A stretch of 47,708 nt of DNA from the NCBI GenBank assembly GCA_043718025.1, contig JAYSWN010000194.1, positions 1 through 47,708 of the forward strand, in the 5' to 3' direction. Below are positions 1 through 8,967 of this stretch, one piece after another (position 1 is the stretch's first letter; each line of letters begins with the position of its first letter). A program made the translations under genes and the position numbers. The stretch comes from Pseudomonadota bacterium (GTDB taxonomy: Bacteria; Bdellovibrionota; FAC87; UBA2466). Under the pieces are notes generated by a model that was given only the letters and a program-made list of their open reading frames with translations, was not told the origin of the DNA and did not search any database.

Positions 1-135
1 GTGAAGAGGGACGTCGACAAAACCAAGCAGGCCAAAGGTTGCCGCGCCTGCTACGCAGGCTCGGTAATGACAGGAACGCGGCTCTACATAAGGTTTTGAG
101 ACACCCTCTCAGGAAACCGCCACGCTCCCCACACT
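1..135 (-). ncRNA. candidate structured RNA, possibly 6S RNA, 3' end cut by the window edge
   Basis: Nested helices 5-10/104-109, 13-15/100-102, 18-24/92-98, 41-46/77-82 and 47-50/71-74, with an asymmetric internal bubble (25-40 vs 83-91). No convincing ORF. Strand and identity are inferred. Confidence 0.35.
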
Positions 136-385
136 TTGCCATTTCCACAAATACTATTTGACGCCTTTTTCTATGCTGAGAATCTAGTGTTTCTTTGTCA
201 CCGTCACCACCGCGCGCTGCATGGAGCGAATCACTCGCCGTCATAAAGAATCCCGACCCCAATCAGTGGGGCGACATTTTTGGGCGACCGCATATTGTTT
301 TTTGTCTTTCGCGTCCACACCCCCGCGCCGCATGAGCTTAATCTTGACCGCTTGAGGTGGCCGCTCAATTGCACACGCCACGGGT

Positions 386-676
386 GTGAAGTTCGCGTTT
401 TTCATTTTGGCGGCTAGTTTTCTGGGATCAGCGGCCTTGGCCGTGGAATCTGAAATTATTTCGTGCAAATCGCCGCGTATGGCTGACGAAACACCGGTAT
501 GTTGCTTAAAGCGAAACGATAGAGAGTTTACGCTTTTCGTGGGTCATAAAGAGTTGAAGCGCTATACCCACTCCCTTGGCGCCAACATGATTGACGCCCT
601 TCCCATGCACGATAGTGCTTTAAAGACCGCCCTAGAAACGCTTGTGCTCCTTCGCCAAACCGGCGTTTGTAAATGA
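386..676 (+). CDS. small secreted hypothetical protein
   Basis: GTG start, signal-peptide-like MKFAFFILAASFLGSAALA, four Cys. Confidence 0.6.
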   Translation: MKFAFFILAASFLGSAALAVESEIISCKSPRMADETPVCCLKRNDREFTLFVGHKELKRYTHSLGANMIDALPMHDSALKTALETLVLLRQTGVCK

Positions 677-678
677 GT

Positions 679-1152
679 CTATCCAAACGCAGAGACTAAC
701 CACAGCCCAAGTGCCCACGAAGTTAAGTTTGCCAAAAACGAGCTAACTGCGGCGAGTGCAAGCGGAATTCTAAATAGAAAAACCAAAAGAATTGTTTCAA
801 CCAAGGGAGCAAATATTTCGGCCGCGGTAATGTAGCCCGCGACACTCATTTGCGCCTTTGCGATTAGCAAGGGAAACAAAAACGTTACCAGGGGATGGGT
901 CGCCAGATTAAGAAAAAGATTGACCCGCACCACTTTAAAAAAAACGAACCGCTTTTTCAAAAAAAGGAAATAGACGACAAATTCTAGAGCGAGGGTAATA
1001 GCAATTAAAGCGAGATACTCGCCTGCCCCTGGGCTAGTTGGGTCCATCTCAATATTTAGGGCAGACCAACACTCCAAGCGAAGCGTTTGTGGAGCAAACC
1101 AATACTCAACGAGACTTAGCGGCCCAAAACATGAAAAATTCACCCCGCCCAC
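679..1152 (-). CDS. small integral membrane protein, about 4 TM, with intramembrane Glu/Asn/His residues
   Basis: Motifs TLALE, NLATHP, AEIFAPLVE and ANLTS. The true start may be internal, e.g. MDPTSPG. Confidence 0.7.
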   Translation of the reverse strand: MGGVNFSCFGPLSLVEYWFAPQTLRLECWSALNIEMDPTSPGAGEYLALIAITLALEFVVYFLFLKKRFVFFKVVRVNLFLNLATHPLVTFLFPLLIAKAQMSVAGYITAAEIFAPLVETILLVFLFRIPLALAAVSSFLANLTSWALGLWLVSAFG

Positions 1153-2246
1153 TTATTCGAGGCCAGGGCCAACCCGGCAACCTCCACGTAGCCGTGATAG
1201 GCGGCGAAGGCAAAATAGATGAGGCGGGCCAGCGGCTGCGCATTCAATAGCCAAACCCCTAGGCCGCCCACCGCAAAAACCGCCACCAAGAAAAATAGAC
1301 TGCCGTAGTCTCGCTTTAGCAAAGTGAGGCTGGCTTGAAAGGTAGTGGGCACGTTTCGCTGGTGACATTGATCGGGAATCGCCTTTAGCCACACAAAATA
1401 GTGTAGCGATTGCCCAAATGCGTAAGCAACCACGCAGTGAAACCAGAGGGAGTAGGTTTCTTCTCCAGGCGCAATTTGTTTTCCTATTTCCCAATACCTA
1501 AGATCCGCCCAGGGAAGCTCAAACGTGGGCACAAAATATTTGTGCACCGGATCAAAAAAGCCCCCGAAAATGGCGACCGTAATCAGGCCAAAGGTAGCGC
1601 CCGCTATCAAGGCAACCTGCTTTTCTCTTCGGGTTTTAGCGACGACTACCCAATAGACAAAGGCGATGGCGTTGTGAATCAAAACCATGGCTCCGGCAAA
1701 ACGCAGCGGCTGATACCAAGCCACCAATAAAAAGGGGGTCATCACCACCAGACAACGAAACCAACGTCGGGTTGAGGCGCGGGTAAGCGTCAGGCCAAGA
1801 ACCACGAGTGTGAGGGCAATGGCTATTTCTACTACCAAAAAACTTTGCGGCAGGTAAACATCTTGGTTTCCATTTAGATCTTCGAAAACCCGCAGTGTAG
1901 CCAAGACCAAATACCCTAGCGTCACCACGCCGAGTAGTAGGCGTTGCCGGGAAATTTTCAGTTTAGATGAGTTCGCCAGGTCAGGGGAAGAATCGCTAAC
2001 TACGACAGAAAAGTAGCGAAACGTCGCCAGCAAATGAGGAAAACCATAAACCATCGGCCCAATCACCAATACCCAAAGTGGAAAAAGCAGCGAAGTGACG
2101 AGGGCTAGCGAAGCCGCCAGACTGAACAAAACAGCGAGCCGAGAGCTACGGTCGAAAAAAACGCGATGAAAAAGTGGCACGCCCAAAGCACGGCGCAGTA
2201 AGCCGCCGCGGGCATAATCAAACGAATGGGCGATAGACATCAGCAT
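1140..2246 (-). CDS. multi-pass membrane protein with four His motifs
   Basis: Many hydrophobic helices; GFPH, IHNA, QSLHY and YHGYVE motifs. Confidence 0.75.
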   Translation of the reverse strand: MLMSIAHSFDYARGGLLRRALGVPLFHRVFFDRSSRLAVLFSLAASLALVTSLLFPLWVLVIGPMVYGFPHLLATFRYFSVVVSDSSPDLANSSKLKISRQRLLLGVVTLGYLVLATLRVFEDLNGNQDVYLPQSFLVVEIAIALTLVVLGLTLTRASTRRWFRCLVVMTPFLLVAWYQPLRFAGAMVLIHNAIAFVYWVVVAKTRREKQVALIAGATFGLITVAIFGGFFDPVHKYFVPTFELPWADLRYWEIGKQIAPGEETYSLWFHCVVAYAFGQSLHYFVWLKAIPDQCHQRNVPTTFQASLTLLKRDYGSLFFLVAVFAVGGLGVWLLNAQPLARLIYFAFAAYHGYVEVAGLALASNKWAG

Positions 2247-2254
2247 GTTGAGGC

Positions 2255-2285
2255 TCGGCCCGGGCGATAAAGGCGCCCGGGCCGA
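2255..2285. repeat. 12-bp perfect GC-rich hairpin inside an operon
   Basis: TCGGCCCGGGCG-ataaagg-CGCCCGGGCCGA; no U-tract follows on the transcribed (-) strand. Confidence 0.75.
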
Positions 2286-2294
2286 AGCAAAGAG

Positions 2295-2663
2295 TTACCC
2301 GGCAATACGGCGGGGAATGTATTTGGCGAGTGGTTGATTGTCTTTCGACTTCTCCAACACACAAGTTCCCGTGGTTTCTTTAGCTGCGCGGCTGACGACT
2401 TTGTGGCACACCATCTGAGTCAATCCCGACTCCGCACGAAACACCTTTACCGAGGTGGTCGAGGTACGCAGGGCCGCTTCGACAATTTGCACCACGTCGA
2501 GGGCGTCATATAGGTTCACGGCGTCGGCACCCGAAACAGTTACTTTTTCGCTGCGCGGATGCGGCAACACCAGATCGGCATTGGCAAATGGAGACAACGA
2601 TAACAGAGCGAGAAATGCGAACTTCAGCTTCATAAAAAAATACTCCCAACCCTTGCTTAACAA
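2295..2663 (-). CDS. secreted hypothetical protein
   Basis: Signal peptide MKLKFAFLALLSLSPFANA followed by DLVLP; two Cys. The start is probably the ATG at 2633. Confidence 0.7.
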   Translation of the reverse strand: MLSKGWEYFFMKLKFAFLALLSLSPFANADLVLPHPRSEKVTVSGADAVNLYDALDVVQIVEAALRTSTTSVKVFRAESGLTQMVCHKVVSRAAKETTGTCVLEKSKDNQPLAKYIPRRIAG

Positions 2664-2749
2664 TTAAACAAAGTGGGTCAGTTCTACCGAGATTTTTCGT
2701 GAATGACGCGTGTAGCCAGCGCGAAGCCTTAACTTTAGTATTCGTACGG

Positions 2750-4912
2750 TTACCATTTGATCACCGACATCACGTTTGAATAAACGTCGGTCCAGCGCGC
2801 CTTGGGGCCGCCAGCGGTAGGAATTTTCCAGCGCGGGTCTTGACCAAGCAGGCCGAGGTCCGCCTCGTCTTTTGCCATCACCAACCACTCGGTGGCCGCT
2901 AAGCCGCGTTTTTCTTCGTCGTTCGTCAACTTATCGTCATCGCGAAAGCGCGCGACCAACGCTAACTCTTGGGCCAGGCGACCCAACACCGGTTTGAGAT
3001 TCAAGTGTCGGTTTGAAATGTGAAAGGCCAGCATTCCGTGCGGTAAAAGTTTTTTGACGTAGAGTTCAAGCGCCTCTTTCGTGATCAGGTGCACGGGAAT
3101 GGCGTCGGAGCTAAACGCATCGATCACGATAAGATCGTAACGGTGATCCGGAGCTTTCTGCAGCTCGAGGCGGGCGTCGCCCAAAATGAGTTTAGCTTGC
3201 GGGGCGCAGTGATAGAGAAAAGTAAAATGCTTTTGCGCCACCTCGATCACCGCCGGATCAATCTCGAAAAAAGTCCAGTCTTCGCCGCGTTCAGCGTAGC
3301 AAGCCATTGACCCGGTTCCTAAGCCAACGGTGGCCACGGGCCCTTTTCGGTTAAGCGCTCGGTAGGCCGCAAAAAGGTGGCCCACCGGTCCAGAGCGCGA
3401 AAAATAAAGAAGGGGTTCGTGGCTCAGTTTGGGATCGGTGCTTTGCCGTCCGTGTAGAGTATTGCCGTGCACGAGCTGAATGAAAGGCTGACTGGGGTCG
3501 TGAGTTACGCGGAGCACACCAAAAAAATTTCTCGTCGCCGCCAGAGGCTTCCCCGCGGCACTTGGCAAAAGGCTTCCCGCTAAGGCCACCGCCCCTAATG
3601 CCACGGCAAACGCCCAAGGGCGGGCCACCAACCGGTAACAAAGAATAGCCGGAATACCAAACGCCAATAGCGTCGATAAGCGTCCCGTCGAAAGCAATCC
3701 GCCACGAACCGCCAGCGCTACCCCCAACGGAAGCAAACCGACCAACGCGCCTAACCCAAGTTCCCGCGGCCAATCACGGTGCGAATTGTTTTGCTTGCCT
3801 GGCATCGCCTCGCGCGCCAAGCAGGCCAGCCAAAGAAACAGGGGATACTCGATGATGCGTTCGAACACGAAGGGAAACACCAGCGTATTGAGCGCCCCAC
3901 CCAAAGCGCCGCCGATCGAAAGGCAGAGATAAAAACTGGTCAAGGCTTGCGGCGCCGGTCGGGTTTTGGCTAAGGCCCCGTGGCAGAGCACGGCGGCGAT
4001 AAAAAAAGCAACTAAGTGAAGCGGCACGAGCAGAAGGGGCAATTCAGTAGCTTCCATTACAATCGCCAACATGAGTGGCAAGACGAACAAGCCGTACCAA
4101 CGACTCGAAAATGAAAATAGGTTTGGCCATCGATCGGAGAAGACCAAAACAAACGAAACTAGATAAAGCGCCAGGGGAATCACCCACAGCAAAGGCACCG
4201 ACCCAATTTCAGTGGAGAGGTAAGTCGTAACCCCCATCAAAAGGCACGACGGCACCAGAGCTAAAGCAATCCATTTAGCCCAGGTCTTTGGTGGCGAAAC
4301 CAAGACGACGCTAGACTCAGCCGCATCCGATCGCCAACAATACGCACCGCAGCCCACAACAAATAGAACCCACACCCCGTATCCCCAACTCCAGTAATGG
4401 CTCTGAATCGGAAGAGGGAAAAGTGGCTCGAAGAATAAAGGGTACGCCAACAATCCAAGCAGACTTCCTAAATTACTCGCCGCGTAAAGCACATACGGGT
4501 TTTTTGCGGCCGGATGCCCGGTGCGCGAGAGCCAACCTTGAAGCAATGGCGCTGACGTGGCCACCGCCATGAACGCCGGACCCACCGTTAGCAAAAGCGT
4601 TTTTAAAAGCCATGGAACTGGCGAAGATACTTCCGCGCCCAAATCGATGGGAAACACGAAGGGCAGTGCCAATAGCGGAAGAAAGAGCAAAGTGCAGTGA
4701 AGAACAATCTGTCGTCGCTGCGCAAGCCGCCCCACCAAAAGGTGGGCATAGCCGTATCCAGCCAGCAAAGTCGTCTGAAAGAAAAACAGGCACGTGTTCC
4801 AGATGGAAGGCACGCCGCCCAGCAGGGGTAGAAGCCATTTACCGACAAGCGGTTGTACGCAGAACAACAGAAACGAGCTTAAGAAAAGCGTCATCACAAA
4901 AAGGATCTGCAT
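2750..4912 (-). CDS. fused MFS-like membrane domain / spermidine synthase-like SAM-dependent transferase
   Basis: About 12 TM N-terminal region (LYAASNLGSLLGL); C-terminal VGLGTG, FEIDP, GDAR and DAFSSDAIPVHL. Start moved to the ATG at 4912. Confidence 0.9.
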   Translation of the reverse strand: MQILFVMTLFLSSFLLFCVQPLVGKWLLPLLGGVPSIWNTCLFFFQTTLLAGYGYAHLLVGRLAQRRQIVLHCTLLFLPLLALPFVFPIDLGAEVSSPVPWLLKTLLLTVGPAFMAVATSAPLLQGWLSRTGHPAAKNPYVLYAASNLGSLLGLLAYPLFFEPLFPLPIQSHYWSWGYGVWVLFVVGCGAYCWRSDAAESSVVLVSPPKTWAKWIALALVPSCLLMGVTTYLSTEIGSVPLLWVIPLALYLVSFVLVFSDRWPNLFSFSSRWYGLFVLPLMLAIVMEATELPLLLVPLHLVAFFIAAVLCHGALAKTRPAPQALTSFYLCLSIGGALGGALNTLVFPFVFERIIEYPLFLWLACLAREAMPGKQNNSHRDWPRELGLGALVGLLPLGVALAVRGGLLSTGRLSTLLAFGIPAILCYRLVARPWAFAVALGAVALAGSLLPSAAGKPLAATRNFFGVLRVTHDPSQPFIQLVHGNTLHGRQSTDPKLSHEPLLYFSRSGPVGHLFAAYRALNRKGPVATVGLGTGSMACYAERGEDWTFFEIDPAVIEVAQKHFTFLYHCAPQAKLILGDARLELQKAPDHRYDLIVIDAFSSDAIPVHLITKEALELYVKKLLPHGMLAFHISNRHLNLKPVLGRLAQELALVARFRDDDKLTNDEEKRGLAATEWLVMAKDEADLGLLGQDPRWKIPTAGGPKARWTDVYSNVMSVIKW

Positions 4913-5034
4913 GGGAGAACGATACCATAGGACGCAGCACTCCAGAACCAAGCCGCCGCGCAAAAAACGTAAAACCCAATTTGAAACTTTGCCCTAACTC
5001 CTCTACTGTCTCCCCTTTGGGAATGGGGCAATTC

Positions 5035-5805
5035 ATGAAGACTTCGGGAAATACGATCTTAATCACCGGTGGCACGAGCGGCATTGGCTTAGAGCTAACT
5101 AAACAACTTTTACAGCGCGACAATACGATTATTGTTACCGGACGCGACGCCAAGAAAATGGCCGAGGTAAAGAAAAGGTTTCCCGCGATACATACCTTGG
5201 TGAGCGATGTAAGCCGGAGTGAAGACATTCAAAAGTTGGTGTCCCAACTGACAAATGAATTTCCAAAGTTGAATTGGGTCATCAATAACGCTGGCGTGAT
5301 GAGCACGATCAATATGCATGATGACACCGAACTCGAAACACTCACTAAAGAGATCGAAATCAACTTGATGGGACCCATCCGTATGGTGCGGGCGTTTCTG
5401 CCCCTGCTAAAAAAACAGCCGCACGCCGCCATTGTGAATGTATCGTCTGGCCTCGCATTTGTGCCGTTACCTACCTCGCCCGTTTACTGTGCCACCAAAG
5501 CTGGTTTGCATTCCTTTACCTTGTCTCTGCGCGTGCAACTTAAAAAAACCAGCATTAACGTTTTTGAATTGGCTCCGCCGGCCACCGAAACGCCTCTGCT
5601 CGGCGAATTCGACCCCGAAGACATGAAGGGCATTTCTGTAATGAAGGTGGAAGCGATGGTTCAGGAGGCAATCAAAGGCTTCGAATCCGATCGTCTTGAA
5701 ATTTGCCCTGGGCAGAGCAAACAGCTGCGCATGATGAGCCGCATCGCCCCTTCATTTATTCTGGGCCAGATGAGCAAACCGGTCGACCGCATGTTGTCGC
5801 AGTAA
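5035..5805 (+). CDS. SDR family oxidoreductase (DltE-like)
   Basis: TGGTSGIG, NNAG, VSSGLA and YCATK. True start MKTSGN at 5035. Confidence 0.92.
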   Translation: MKTSGNTILITGGTSGIGLELTKQLLQRDNTIIVTGRDAKKMAEVKKRFPAIHTLVSDVSRSEDIQKLVSQLTNEFPKLNWVINNAGVMSTINMHDDTELETLTKEIEINLMGPIRMVRAFLPLLKKQPHAAIVNVSSGLAFVPLPTSPVYCATKAGLHSFTLSLRVQLKKTSINVFELAPPATETPLLGEFDPEDMKGISVMKVEAMVQEAIKGFESDRLEICPGQSKQLRMMSRIAPSFILGQMSKPVDRMLSQ

Positions 5806-5973
5806 GTCTCACCAAAAGCTTAGCTTGCCACTAAGAGGCGCGAGGGTCTTCAAGTCCCCCGGGCGTGACAAATTTTCTCAAAAGTAAAACGGTGAGCGTC
5901 GTCTGACTTGGCTGTTATTGGCCTAGCGCTTGCACACTCCACCGTTTCAATACGAAAAAAGGGTAGGGGAAAA

Positions 5974-6720
5974 ATGTATAAAATTGTTTTTGCGATAGCG
6001 TTACTTTCCGTTGGGGTTCAAGCCGAAGAGCAAAAGGGGAAGGCGGTGGAGTTAACTCCAAGCAAGGTCTACCTCCCCGCTAAAGGCTTTGACGACAACG
6101 ATCGAATTGAAGCCGTGATCGAAGGTGAGTTGCCTAACCCCTGCTACACCCTCACCGACACACTCGTTGAGAAGAGCAAAGACAAAAAATCGTTTTTAGT
6201 GCGACAGATGGCGTGGCGACGGTTGACCGGCGCCTGCGACACCGATGACCTGGTTGATGACCCCATTCCGTTTACCACCGTGGCCCCGCTTGGGCGTCTT
6301 GATTCGGCCGACTACAGCGTCACCTATCGCAAACGGGGGGGCGAAGTCGGCGAGCGAAAATTTCAAGTCGACGAGGCGAAGAGTGAACAGATCGACAACT
6401 ATTTTTATGCGGTAGTTACCCAGATTGATGCCGAAGATTTTTATCCTGAAGGAAAAGAGATCACCCTCGCGCTCAAGGGCTTTATCCCCTCGACATGTCT
6501 AGAGCTGGAGCGGCCGATTAAGACCGAGATTCAGGATGATCTCATTTTGGTAATGCCAACGCTGATGACCAACCCCGAAGACTGTAAAAAAGCGAAACAG
6601 CCCTTCTCAGACAGCCTGACTCTTAAACCACTCAAGGCGGGCAACTATCTTTTGCACGTTAGGACAAGGGGCGGAAGTGCCCTCTATCGCCCCATCACCG
6701 TTTACAAAAAGGGGCGGTAA
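5974..6720 (+). CDS. secreted protein with two tandem homologous Cys-containing beta-domains
   Basis: Signal peptide MYKIVFAIALLSVGVQA; repeats GELPNPC and GFIPSTC. Confidence 0.75.
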   Translation: MYKIVFAIALLSVGVQAEEQKGKAVELTPSKVYLPAKGFDDNDRIEAVIEGELPNPCYTLTDTLVEKSKDKKSFLVRQMAWRRLTGACDTDDLVDDPIPFTTVAPLGRLDSADYSVTYRKRGGEVGERKFQVDEAKSEQIDNYFYAVVTQIDAEDFYPEGKEITLALKGFIPSTCLELERPIKTEIQDDLILVMPTLMTNPEDCKKAKQPFSDSLTLKPLKAGNYLLHVRTRGGSALYRPITVYKKGR

Positions 6721-6747
6721 CCGTCATCGGTTTTCGCACCCCGCGGT

Positions 6748-7119
6748 TTAGGATATTTTGGCGAAGTTCTTAAAGAATTTTTTACCTAGGGCCACAATCT
6801 GCCCCGGGGTGGGGTGATCGACCGTTTCAACGCCAACCACTTTTTTATCGATTTCAGCGTGGTGGTGCTCGGTAAGGTGGTGTTTGAACTCAGTCTTTGC
6901 CAGCCCCGGGCCCACCAATAAAATCTGATTTGCCGCCTTAAGGTGAACAATCACTTCGTCAAAGAACCCTCTCTCGTCTTTGTGCTTGTTTCGCTCTTTT
7001 TCCACGTCTCCATGTTTACGCACTTCATGGCGAACCAGCTTGTGTTCGTCAGTGTGGTCGGGATGAAGCTCAAAAATATTGGCGTGGGCGTGGTCAATAA
7101 AAACAACAAAGTTTGCCAT
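6748..7119 (-). CDS. eRF1 domain-2-like / host-attachment family protein
   Basis: VVFIDHAHA, ILLVGPGLAKTEF and VETVDHPT motifs; no GGQ. Confidence 0.75.
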   Translation of the reverse strand: MANFVVFIDHAHANIFELHPDHTDEHKLVRHEVRKHGDVEKERNKHKDERGFFDEVIVHLKAANQILLVGPGLAKTEFKHHLTEHHHAEIDKKVVGVETVDHPTPGQIVALGKKFFKNFAKIS

Positions 7120-7306
7120 CGTTTAGGTCTCCGATACGGTTAGTGCCTTTAAACTAAGCGGTAAGTAGCATTATGATCGTGAAACGTCACGTTTTGGCCT
7201 GCCGGGTTGCTACCGGGGCAACCCGGCGTTATAGAACCCATTCATGTGGTTTGTGCCAAAGGTTGGGGCTTGCCTGGCCTTTTGCTTTTTCATTACGGGG
7301 TTAGCT

Positions 7307-7966
7307 GTGAAATTTGCATTAAACTTTCTATTGGTCCTTTCCTTTTTCTCTTTTTCTGCCCACGCCGACGTCCCTTCGGATGTCATTTCGGATGGTATCG
7401 AAAGCGATTTCTTTGCTTGGGAACGCTTTAACGAGGAGACCGCACAAGCTAAGGACAATTCGGTAAAGAGCCTTAACGAGGCATGCACTAAGTGGAAGAG
7501 TGAGGTTCGGCAGTCGATGGGGGCAAAGCTTCGCTACCTAGAGTGTGGCACGCGCTACGACCAAAAGGGAGGCGCCTACCTTTCAACCGGAGGGCCAGAA
7601 CTTGCGAAATATTTCATCGGCAGTTTTGCTGTTTCGGTTGGTACCATTCTCGTGAATGTGCCTAGCGGGGAGTCGCTCGTAGAGTGGAAACGGTCGATTA
7701 CGGGAGATGCGTTTAAGTTTCAAATGGGCGATTTCAGCAGCATGCTAAAGGCCTTTGGCCAAGCCAAACAGAGTTACTTAGCTAAGTGCGAAGAGTGGAA
7801 GCAAGAGGCTAAAAAACAATTTGATAGCTCTCTCGTACTCGCCTCTTGCGGTAGATTCGTCGAAGGCGACACTGTGACGCTGTCTAATCGACCTCAAGAT
7901 GCCTGGAAGTCGCGCTTTGAGTTTAGCTCGAAAGCCACGCTCTACTATTTTAGAAAAAATCCGTGA
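7307..7966 (+). CDS. secreted hypothetical protein with an internal duplication
   Basis: GTG start and signal peptide ending AHA-D; repeats ACTKWKSEVRQSMGAKLRYLECG and KCEEWKQEAKKQFDSSLVLASCG. Confidence 0.7.
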   Translation: MKFALNFLLVLSFFSFSAHADVPSDVISDGIESDFFAWERFNEETAQAKDNSVKSLNEACTKWKSEVRQSMGAKLRYLECGTRYDQKGGAYLSTGGPELAKYFIGSFAVSVGTILVNVPSGESLVEWKRSITGDAFKFQMGDFSSMLKAFGQAKQSYLAKCEEWKQEAKKQFDSSLVLASCGRFVEGDTVTLSNRPQDAWKSRFEFSSKATLYYFRKNP

Positions 7967-8017
7967 GTTGGTGGTTTTAGGCACGGCGTATGCATCGCCG
8001 ACCTTATATGAGGAGCG

Positions 8018-8497
8018 ATGCGCATGTTTAATTTTTTTAGTAAGACCGACCAACAGCTTCAACACGATGTGATCAACGAACTAAGCGGCGATCCCCGAAT
8101 CACCGAAAATAAAATTGCTGTTTCTGCCAGTGATGGGGTCATCACTTTGCGCGGAACGGCTCCTCACTATTTTGAAAAGGTGGCCGCTGAGCAGGCCGCC
8201 CGTAGAGTGGGCGGGGTGCGGGCGGTGGTTGATGTGATTGAAGTGAAGCTGTTGGACTCATGTCGGCGTAATGATGACGACATCGCTCGCGCCGCACGAT
8301 TGGTGCTTGGCTGGCACTACGCACTATCCGATGGAATAAAAGTTACCGTAAATGACGGATGGGTTTCGCTAAACGGCGAGGTCTACTGGGAATACGAACG
8401 GCTTGCGGCGTACGATGCCGTTAGCGCGCTCATGGGAGTGCGCGGCGTCACCAACGGAATTACCCTCATACCCAAGATCGTCCGGGTTGCCGCCTGA
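8018..8497 (+). CDS. BON domain protein (2 BON, OsmY-like)
   Basis: DGVITLRG...VGGVRAV and DGWVSLNG...GVRGVTNGI; SD GAGGAG upstream. Confidence 0.9.
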   Translation: MRMFNFFSKTDQQLQHDVINELSGDPRITENKIAVSASDGVITLRGTAPHYFEKVAAEQAARRVGGVRAVVDVIEVKLLDSCRRNDDDIARAARLVLGWHYALSDGIKVTVNDGWVSLNGEVYWEYERLAAYDAVSALMGVRGVTNGITLIPKIVRVAA

Positions 8498-8579
8498 GGC
8501 TACAATCGTGGGGGCAAATTTTTATCCGTCTTGATAACTAATAAAAGATTCAGCGCGGTAAATCAGTTATTCTCTACCC

Positions 8580-8945
8580 ATGAATGCTGAATATTTTCCG
8601 GGCCCGCTGTTCTATTTGCTAATTCATTGGGTGGTTTCGGCCGCGGCCCTCGTGGTCACCGCCTATGTGGTTCCAGGATTTCGGGTTAAGAATTTTGGCT
8701 CTGCCCTTTTTGCTGCCGCGGTGCTTGCGCTCATCAACACAACCATTCGTCCGTTACTGCTTTTTCTAGCGCTTCCCTTTACGATTCTCACGCTGGGTTT
8801 GTTTATCTTTGTGGTCGACGCCGCGCTGCTGAAATTGGGTTCGGCTCTGATGAAAAATTTTAAGGTGGAAAGTTGGTTCGCCGCGATTTTAGGGGCCTTG
8901 GTACTGTGGGTAGTGAGTAGCGTTTTGCATCAGTTGGTGATTTAA
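8580..8945 (+). CDS. 4-TM phage-holin superfamily IV / YvlD-like membrane protein
   Basis: VPGFRV...IRPLLLFLALPFTILTLGLFIFVV signature. Confidence 0.85.
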   Translation: MNAEYFPGPLFYLLIHWVVSAAALVVTAYVVPGFRVKNFGSALFAAAVLALINTTIRPLLLFLALPFTILTLGLFIFVVDAALLKLGSALMKNFKVESWFAAILGALVLWVVSSVLHQLVI

Positions 8946-8967
8946 ATCTAAACGGTTGGGTCTGCTC

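Noticed and set aside
1..113. Glycine riboswitch (GAAG...CTCTCAGG on the + strand)
   Set aside because: The bases before GAAG are GT rather than the pairing CC, and no glycine-related gene follows.
2280..2290. GGCCGAAGCAA shared with the hairpin at 21287-21297
   Set aside because: Only 11 bp in two copies, too weak to call a repeat family.
4612..5034. Long N-terminal extension of the SDR in the ORF track
   Set aside because: It overlaps the opposite-strand gene; the SDR fold begins at 5035.
7178..7191. CGTGA-N4-TCACG palindrome between divergent genes
   Set aside because: Arms are only 5 bp and the spacing does not match a Crp site.
8580..8945. Holin as evidence of a prophage
   Set aside because: This family is commonly chromosomal, and no phage structural, integrase or adjacent endolysin genes are present.
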